A DNA stretch of 7,996 bases, taken from contig CAZDOL010000013.1 of the NCBI GenBank assembly GCA_964507075.1, positions 5,049 through 13,044 of the forward strand. The letters are read 5' to 3'. This document shows, piece by piece, positions 1 through 5,607 of the stretch; the stretch's first letter is position 1, and each line of letters opens with the position of its first letter. The notes under the pieces were generated by a model. It had not been told where the DNA came from, searched no databases, and was given only the letters and a program-made list of their open reading frames with translations. A program made the translations under genes and the position numbers. Source of the stretch: an uncultured Gammaproteobacteria bacterium (GTDB taxonomy: Bacteria > Patescibacteriota > Patescibacteriia > UBA2591 > UBA6264).

Positions 1-93
1 CGCGCTCATAGTAAGAACCATTCCTCGCTACGCTCAGAAGAACCTTGTTATTCGCTTCGCGCTTCTAAGCGTGGCTTCGCTCATAATAAAACA
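1..93. repeat. Degenerate direct-repeat tract, G+C-richer than the rest of the window, truncated by the window edge
   Basis: Related copies read directly from the sequence: cgcgctcatagtaagaacc (1-19), cgctcagaagaacc (31-44), cgcgcttctaagcg (58-71), cgctcataataaaac (78-92). I see no convincing coding frame and no RNA-gene signature. Confidence 0.35.
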
Positions 94-98
94 AAAAA

Positions 99-1217
99 AT
101 GATAAAGAAATTTTTTTCTATTGCTATTTTGATTATTGTTTTGGTATTTAGTATTTCTTATATTATTAAATATCATATTATTGATTCTGAAACAGATGAG
201 GTGTTATTAGATTTAAAAGAGGCGAGTTATTATCAAAGTTTGGGTAGCGGGGTTGTTGAATGCAATCTTTGTCCGCATCAATGCGTTTTAGCTTCAGGGG
301 AGAGGGGACTTTGTCGTGTGCGAGAGAATATTCAAGGAAAACTTTATTCCTTGGTTTATAACAAGCCAGTGAGTATTCATTTGGATCCTATTGAAAAAAA
401 GCCATTATTTCATTTTTTGCCTGGAACTGCTACCTATTCAGTAGCAACAGTTGGCTGTAATTTACGTTGTCTTTATTGTCAAAATTGGGAAATTTCCCAA
501 TCTTTTCCAGAAGACGCTAAGAGCGTTAATCGCACCCCAGAGCAATTAGTTGCTGAAGCTTTGGCTTTGGGCGCGCAAAGCATTGCTTATACTTATAGCG
601 AACCAACTGTTTTTTATGAATATATGACAGAAACGGCAAAGTTAGCCAGAGAGAAAGGTCTAAAGAATGTAGTTATTAGCGCTGGTTATATTAACCCCGA
701 GCCCTTAAAAGAGCTTTGCAAATATGTTGACGCAATTAAAATAGATTTAAAGGCTTTTAACAATGATTTTTATAAAAGAATTGTGGGCGGAAAATTAGAG
801 CCAGTTTTGCGATCTTTAAAAGTCATTAAAGAGCAGGGAGTTTGGTTGGAAATAGTTTATTTGGTTATTCCTGGGGAAAATGATAATTCAGAGGAAATAA
901 AAAATATGGCTCAATGGATTAAAGAAAATTTGGGAGAAAATGTTCCTTTACATTTTTCTCGTTTCCACCCAACATATAAATTGATAAATCTGCCGTCAAC
1001 CCCAGAAGCAACAGTAAGAAAATTACGTCAGATTGCTATTGATGAGGGCTTAAAATATGTTTATACTGGTAATTTAGGAGATTGGGAAACAGAGTCCACT
1101 TATTGTCCGGGTTCACAAGAAATAGCCATTAAAAGACAGGGATTTTTTATTGTGGAAGATAATATTCAAAATGGCATTTGTTCTAATGGTGAGATTATTC
1201 CCGGTGTCTGGAAATGA
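99..1217 (+). CDS. amrS: AmmeMemoRadiSam system radical SAM enzyme (AmrS) with an N-terminal hydrophobic extension
   Basis: 372-aa ORF. The radical SAM motif GCNLRCLYCQNW (C120/C124/C127, nt 456-479) is present. The family-typical upstream Cys cluster VECNLCPHQCVLASGERGLCRVR (C55/C58/C62/C72, nt 261-314) precedes it. The overall pattern is like a PFL-activase-type AmrS. Residues 1-34 form a KK + hydrophobic helix extension. The start could instead be the in-frame GTG at 201. Confidence 0.9.
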   Translation: MIKKFFSIAILIIVLVFSISYIIKYHIIDSETDEVLLDLKEASYYQSLGSGVVECNLCPHQCVLASGERGLCRVRENIQGKLYSLVYNKPVSIHLDPIEKKPLFHFLPGTATYSVATVGCNLRCLYCQNWEISQSFPEDAKSVNRTPEQLVAEALALGAQSIAYTYSEPTVFYEYMTETAKLAREKGLKNVVISAGYINPEPLKELCKYVDAIKIDLKAFNNDFYKRIVGGKLEPVLRSLKVIKEQGVWLEIVYLVIPGENDNSEEIKNMAQWIKENLGENVPLHFSRFHPTYKLINLPSTPEATVRKLRQIAIDEGLKYVYTGNLGDWETESTYCPGSQEIAIKRQGFFIVEDNIQNGICSNGEIIPGVWK

Positions 1218-1238
1218 ACCATAGACGAAAGGTATAGG

Positions 1239-2807
1239 TTGGGTAAAAACATAAATAATTTGGCTTATATTATAATGGACAACAAAACACTAAAATTTAT
1301 TTTAATCATTATTCTTGTCATTTTAATTATTGTCTCTATAGTTTTAAGTTTTAAATTTATGGAAAAACAAAAAAATTCATCAGAAAAATTATTTATTAGA
1401 TTACCAGTTGCGGCTGGTTCCTATTATCTGGGCAACAAAAGCGTTTTATCTAAACAAATTGATGAGTTTTTGGCGCAAGTTAAAGATATTTCAATAGAAG
1501 GGGAGCCAAAAATATTAATTGTGCCCCATGCTGGATATGCATTTTCTGGACAAATAGCGGCTAGTGCCTTTAAGTTATTGGAAGGTAAAAATTTCAAAAC
1601 AGTAATTTTAATTGGTCCTTCGCATACTGACTGGTTTATGGGTAGTTCTGTTGACTCGCAAGGCATTTGGCAAACGCCTTTGGGTGATATAGAGATTGAC
1701 GCTGATTTGGCAAAAAAAATAATATCTGAACATAAAAACATTTTTAACAGACCTCAATCTCACCAAAAGGAGCATTGTTTAGAGGTTTGTCTTCCATTTT
1801 TGCAAAAAACATTAAAGGATTTTAAAATTGTGCCGATTATTGTTGGGCAGTCCAATAAACAAAGCAGAGAGGCCTTGGTTTATGCTCTGAGTAAATACAT
1901 TGATAATCAAACTTTAATAGTTATTAGCTCTGATTTATCTCACTATCCAAATTATGAAATAGCTAATATGGCTGACCATAAAGTTATTGACGCAATTTTA
2001 ACAGGCAAGTCAGAAAATCTTACTAATGTTATTCAGGATTTGATGTCTCAATCATTGCCTGGACTGGATACTTGCGCATGTGGAGAAGAGGCCATTCATA
2101 TAGGGTTGCTATTATCAGAGATTATGCAGATTAATGATATTAAATTTTTAGATTATACTAATTCAGGAGACCTGCCTGCCGGTAGGCAAGGTATCACAGG
2201 AGATCATTCAAGGGTGGTTGGATATGCTAGCATTGTGTTTAGTAAAGACGAGCAAAAAGGATTGGCGAACAATGAGAGACAAATGCTTTTGCAAATAGCG
2301 CGCCAAAGCATTGAAAATTATTTGGAGAATAAAAAAATACCAGAATTTAAAGATGTATTGCCAGCTTTAAAACAGCCTCAAGGCGCTTTTGTTACTTTAA
2401 CCAGAAATCATCAATTAAGGGGTTGTATTGGTAGAATCATAGAAGAAAAACAACCTTTGTATCAGGTTGTTTCTAAAATGGCTGTTTCAGCGGCTGTAGA
2501 TGATAATCGTTTTTCTTCAGTTAGTTTAAATGAAATGAAAAACATTAACATAGAGATTTCTGTTCTTTCTCCTATTAAGAAAATAAAAAATCCTATTCAA
2601 GAAATTGAAATAGGAAAACATGGAGTTATTGTTCAGCAGGGTTCGCGTTCGGGCGTTTTTCTTCCTCAAGTGGCCACTGAAAACAGTTGGGGATTGGAGG
2701 AATTTATGGGCCAGCTTTGTCAGCAAAAAGCTGGTTTGTCATGGGATGCATGGAAAGGAGATGGTATAGATATTTATGTTTTTAGCGCAGAAGTTTTTAG
2801 CGAATAA
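1239..2807 (+). CDS. amrB-amrA: Fusion protein: Memo-like AmmeMemoRadiSam protein B (AmrB) + AMMECR1-like protein A (AmrA), with an N-terminal hydrophobic segment
   Basis: 522-aa ORF from TTG 1239. In-frame ATGs at 1275 and 1359 are alternative starts. Memo-type motifs are PHAGYAFSG, GPSH, EHCLE, SSDLSHY and CACG. They are followed in the same frame by AMMECR1-type motifs GAFVTLTRNHQLRGCIGRI (LRGCIG at nt 2415-2432) and GVFLPQVATE. The gene lies directly downstream of amrS. Confidence 0.9.
   Translation: MGKNINNLAYIIMDNKTLKFILIIILVILIIVSIVLSFKFMEKQKNSSEKLFIRLPVAAGSYYLGNKSVLSKQIDEFLAQVKDISIEGEPKILIVPHAGYAFSGQIAASAFKLLEGKNFKTVILIGPSHTDWFMGSSVDSQGIWQTPLGDIEIDADLAKKIISEHKNIFNRPQSHQKEHCLEVCLPFLQKTLKDFKIVPIIVGQSNKQSREALVYALSKYIDNQTLIVISSDLSHYPNYEIANMADHKVIDAILTGKSENLTNVIQDLMSQSLPGLDTCACGEEAIHIGLLLSEIMQINDIKFLDYTNSGDLPAGRQGITGDHSRVVGYASIVFSKDEQKGLANNERQMLLQIARQSIENYLENKKIPEFKDVLPALKQPQGAFVTLTRNHQLRGCIGRIIEEKQPLYQVVSKMAVSAAVDDNRFSSVSLNEMKNINIEISVLSPIKKIKNPIQEIEIGKHGVIVQQGSRSGVFLPQVATENSWGLEEFMGQLCQQKAGLSWDAWKGDGIDIYVFSAEVFSE
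1395..2243 (+). other. Memo-like (AmrB) domain of the fusion protein
   Basis: Covers residues ~53-335: IRLPVAAGSYY...PHAGYAFSG...SSDLSHY...DTCACGEEA...VVGYASIVF. Boundaries are approximate and judged by eye. Confidence 0.75.
2265..2804 (+). other. AMMECR1-like (AmrA) domain of the fusion protein
   Basis: Covers residues ~343-522: ERQMLLQIARQSIENYL...GAFVTL...LRGCIG...SVLSP...HGVIVQQGSRSGVFLPQV. Boundaries are approximate. Confidence 0.75.
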
Positions 2808-5026
2808 AGAACAATAACAGCAAAAACATTTAATCCTATTAAAAAGAATATAGTTTGAAATAAACCAAAAAATGGTAGCAAAAACAAAGGAATCAAGATT
2901 GCGCCCAAACAAGAACCAATTAAATCAGCGGCATAAATAGTTCCTGTTTTTTGTTCAGCTCGTTTCTGTTTTTTTAAGAAAAGGAAATTTGTGAGAGGAA
3001 ATTCGTAACCAATTAAAATACCAGACAAAAAGGGAGTGATAAGCCATAAATTATAGGAGAGTTTCACACTGAAAAGAAAAAAGCAACAGAGCAAAATTAA
3101 TAAAAAATAAATTTTTGTTAAAAAGCCAATATTCACTTGGTCCTTTTTTATTTTTCTCAGAGCTTGCCAATTTCCTATTGCCATGCCAAGCATAATAAAG
3201 GCGATTAACAAAGCAATATAATGATAGACATAACCATAGAAAATTTGGAAAATAAAAATAAAAAGAATTTCTAAAGACAATAGCGTGAAATCGGGAATAG
3301 CACTGATTATTGGTAAGGTCTTGTCTGATTTTATTATTTTTTTTCTAAAAACGACGAAAATAGACAATAGACACAATAGAATAAATAATGGATTTATTTT
3401 ATGAAGATTATTTAAAAATCCCGCAGTTTTTGGATAAAATTGTTTAAGCCAAAATAATAAGTTTGCGAGATAAGCTGATGGCAAAAAATCAGAATTTGTT
3501 TTTGCTATTTTATTTTCAGATAAAAGATTGTTAACGTTTTCTATTCTGTCATTGGTCAAGTTATAAGATAGCCATTGATCGGTGATAAAATTTGTTTTTA
3601 ATTCTCTGTCATGGAAACGATTGGTAATCATTTCTATGTCGGGAATTAAGGTCTTTTTGGTAAAAGCAAGAAAAAAATTTGTGCTTTCTATCGGTAGAGC
3701 AGTAATTTGCGGGAAGTTTTTGTCTAATGATTGATAGACAGAGGCATTTAGATTTATTATTTCAGGAGAAAAATAATTGGGAGCAAAGGAAAGATGCAGT
3801 GCAATTAAGCCATTTGGATTTAAATTATTTTTGGTTTCTTTAAAAAATTCTTGTGTATAGAAGCGGTTTAAGAGCAGGGAAGATGGATCTGGTAAATTAA
3901 AAATTATAACATCAAATTTTTGTTTTGAATTGTTTTTTAAAAAATAACGAGCATCTTCATGAATAATTTTAACTTTTGGATTTTTTACACCCTTTAATAA
4001 GTTCGGGGAAATATATTTTTTGGTGATTGCAATAAGTTTTGAGTCTAATTCTAAATAAGTTATTTCTTTAATCGGATGTTTCAAAATTTCATTTAACGCA
4101 CCATTAAATCCTGTTCCGACTAATAAAATTGTCTTAGGATTTTGAGAATATAAAAGCGGGATATGAACAAGCTGCTCATTGAAATTTGTTTCTTGGTTTG
4201 ATCCTAGAAGTAAACCATTTTGGTAAAAATTAAATTGTTCGCTTTCTTTACTTGTTTGCGCAACACTAATGTTTCCGTATTTTGAATTAACAGATTCTAT
4301 AATAAATTGATTTTCAAATCTTGATTTTAAGATTATATTTTGCATTTTATTACCAAGGGGAGATGCAAAAAAACAGAAAGACACAACAAGTAAAGAGCAG
4401 GTTAGGATTCGCAAAAAAACAGATTTTTTTCTAATCGTAAAGGTTAACAAAGACGCGGCAATAAGATTTAGGCTAATAACTAAGGAAATTATTAAAAATT
4501 CATTTAATTTAACAAGAAAAAAGCTAAAAATTAAACCGCCAAAAATAAAACCAAGAATTTCCAGGAGATAAGCTTTGCCCAGGTTTAATGAAATTTTTTT
4601 TGTTAGTTTGACATACAATCTTGAGGCTATTGTCCAAAGCAATCCCAATGTGAGGCAAGTTGGTATTAAAGCAAAAAAAGCGCAAAAAAGCGCTATTAAT
4701 AAATTAGGAATTTCTCCTGGCAAGGAAAACCAGTTTTTTATAAATCCAATGGCAAGAATCCCCAAAGGAAAAAAGATAGAAGCTGAAACAAGCGCGTAAA
4801 TTGTAGTTTTTAATGGGTTGGATTTTTGGAAAAGGTTAGAGAAAAACAAACTACCAATACCTGTTAAAATCAACCAGAAACCTAAACTTAGGGCCGCAAA
4901 GAGTTCATTGCCATAAAAAGCAATCATTAATTCTCTGATTATTAATGATTGCGCTATCAGAGATGAAATTCCTAAATTAAAAAAAATGAAATATAGGATT
5001 CTTTTTTGATTATTTTTAATAGACAT
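2774..5026 (-). CDS. Polytopic membrane protein (~7 + ~7 TM helices) with a central spermidine synthase (SpeE)-like Rossmann domain
   Basis: 750-aa ORF. The central region aligns by eye with SpeE: KTILLVGTGFNGALNEILKHP..ITYLELDSKLI..NPKVKIIHEDARYFL..KFDVIIFNLPDPSS..FYTQEFFKETKNNLNPNGLIAL. Compare E. coli SpeE: VLIIGGGDG..MVEID..DVIISDCTDP..LFTSAFY..LNPGG. Long hydrophobic segments flank this region on both sides. The start lies 7 nt after the stop of the upstream minus-strand gene. Confidence 0.8.
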   Translation of the reverse strand: MSIKNNQKRILYFIFFNLGISSLIAQSLIIRELMIAFYGNELFAALSLGFWLILTGIGSLFFSNLFQKSNPLKTTIYALVSASIFFPLGILAIGFIKNWFSLPGEIPNLLIALFCAFFALIPTCLTLGLLWTIASRLYVKLTKKISLNLGKAYLLEILGFIFGGLIFSFFLVKLNEFLIISLVISLNLIAASLLTFTIRKKSVFLRILTCSLLVVSFCFFASPLGNKMQNIILKSRFENQFIIESVNSKYGNISVAQTSKESEQFNFYQNGLLLGSNQETNFNEQLVHIPLLYSQNPKTILLVGTGFNGALNEILKHPIKEITYLELDSKLIAITKKYISPNLLKGVKNPKVKIIHEDARYFLKNNSKQKFDVIIFNLPDPSSLLLNRFYTQEFFKETKNNLNPNGLIALHLSFAPNYFSPEIINLNASVYQSLDKNFPQITALPIESTNFFLAFTKKTLIPDIEMITNRFHDRELKTNFITDQWLSYNLTNDRIENVNNLLSENKIAKTNSDFLPSAYLANLLFWLKQFYPKTAGFLNNLHKINPLFILLCLLSIFVVFRKKIIKSDKTLPIISAIPDFTLLSLEILFIFIFQIFYGYVYHYIALLIAFIMLGMAIGNWQALRKIKKDQVNIGFLTKIYFLLILLCCFFLFSVKLSYNLWLITPFLSGILIGYEFPLTNFLFLKKQKRAEQKTGTIYAADLIGSCLGAILIPLFLLPFFGLFQTIFFLIGLNVFAVIVLYSLKTSALKT
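3617..4309 (-). other. SpeE-like SAM/dcSAM-binding-type domain within the membrane protein
   Basis: Covers residues ~240-470. The Gly loop GTGFNG is encoded at nt 4100-4126 and FNLPDP at nt 3884-3901. Boundaries are approximate. Confidence 0.7.
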
Positions 5027-5033
5027 GAATCAT

Positions 5034-5552
5034 TTAAAGGTTTTTTCTTTTTTTAAAAAATATTTTTATTAAAATAAAGCCCAAAGCTAATACACCAAGA
5101 ATAACATAAACTATATTCAGGTTGAATTTGGAAGAGGGGATTTCCTTTTTTGCAGAATTAGCTAAAAGTTTTTGAGCAGGAGAATTACATTCTTGTTGCG
5201 CGCAGCGAATAAGAATTTTTTCTATTTCGGAAATTGTGGTTAAAGAGCAATTATTAAATCCTTTTTCTTCTATAAAAATACCAGGTATAGAATTAGAATT
5301 AATTTGATATATTTCAGCTAAAGTTGAATACATTTTTTGATTATTTTTTTCAAAAACCTCAAATTTTTTAATTTGCAAATGAGGATATTTAGTTTTTAGT
5401 GCTCCAAGTGAAGTTTCAGCTTGAGAGCATGCAGAACAAAGTGGGCTATAAAAAAAATATAATTCTATGTTTCTTTTTTGGGCTGAAACAGACAAGCTAA
5501 AGGTTAAAATAAATAGAATAAAAATAATTTGGATAAATCTAATTTTGGGCAT
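5034..5552 (-). CDS. Exported thioredoxin-fold thiol-disulfide oxidoreductase-like protein with a C-terminal membrane anchor
   Basis: 172-aa ORF. It has a signal-peptide-like N-terminus (MPKIRFIQIIFILFILTFSLSVSA/QK). The CSAC (CxxC) motif follows a beta-strand-like IELYFFYSPL (nt 5427-5438). A candidate cis-Pro loop is SIPGIFI. The C-terminus has a TM helix plus a basic tail (IVYVILGVLALGFILIKIFFKKRKNL). Confidence 0.7.
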   Translation of the reverse strand: MPKIRFIQIIFILFILTFSLSVSAQKRNIELYFFYSPLCSACSQAETSLGALKTKYPHLQIKKFEVFEKNNQKMYSTLAEIYQINSNSIPGIFIEEKGFNNCSLTTISEIEKILIRCAQQECNSPAQKLLANSAKKEIPSSKFNLNIVYVILGVLALGFILIKIFFKKRKNL

Positions 5553-5578
5553 ATTTTTTTGTTTTTTAATTGACCCTC

Positions 5579-5607
5579 TTGACTCATTTTTAATAGTTAT
5601 TTATAAT
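5579..5607 (+). promoter_or_regulatory. Sigma70-type promoter of groESL: TTGACT - 17 nt - TATAAT
   Basis: TTGACT lies at 5579-5584 and TATAAT at 5602-5607, with an exact 17-nt spacer. The promoter is ~58 nt upstream of the groES ATG and immediately abuts the CIRCE-like element. Confidence 0.6.

Noticed and set aside
82-87. CATAAT considered as the -10 box of an amrS promoter.
   Set aside because: No matching -35 element is present, and it lies only 11 nt from the ATG. It cannot be distinguished from chance in AT-rich sequence.
1-102. Partial frame-1 ORF ending in a TGA that overlaps the amrS ATG (ATGA), which could be an upstream translationally coupled gene.
   Set aside because: Only 33 codons are visible. 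The peptide is low-complexity because the DNA is a degenerate repeat. Frame 2 is equally open. There is no basis to call a CDS, so it is kept only as a low-interest finding.
1215-1217. Possibility that TGA is a sense codon (genetic code 25 of Gracilibacteria/Absconditabacteria), which would fuse amrS to amrB-amrA.
   Set aside because: groEL (550 codons), the 750-codon membrane protein and the other genes contain no in-frame TGA under the standard code and are full-length. A code-25 genome would be expected to show TGA-Gly codons inside such genes.
1424-1741. 105-aa antisense ORF inside the amrB-amrA gene. Similar antisense ORFs occur at 2526-2726, 4575-4799, 6029-6217 and 6332-6541.
   Set aside because: All lie entirely within, and antisense to, ORFs that carry strong family-specific motifs. 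Their translations are low-complexity with no recognisable motifs. They are typical shadow ORFs.
4655-4684. Cys pair in TM4 of the membrane protein (LFCAFFALIPTCLTLG) considered as a CcdA/DsbD-like electron-transfer motif that would pair with the thioredoxin-like protein.
   Set aside because: CcdA/DsbD have a duplicated Pro-Cys motif in two separate pseudo-symmetric helices. Here both Cys sit in one helix, and the surrounding sequence resembles SpeE-fusion membrane domains rather than CcdA. The support is too weak to assert.
5034-5120. C-terminal TM helix plus basic tail of the thioredoxin-like protein considered as a sortase, exosortase or archaeosortase sorting signal.
   Set aside because: No LPXTG, PEP or PGF motif precedes the helix. 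A plain stop-transfer anchor is the simpler reading.
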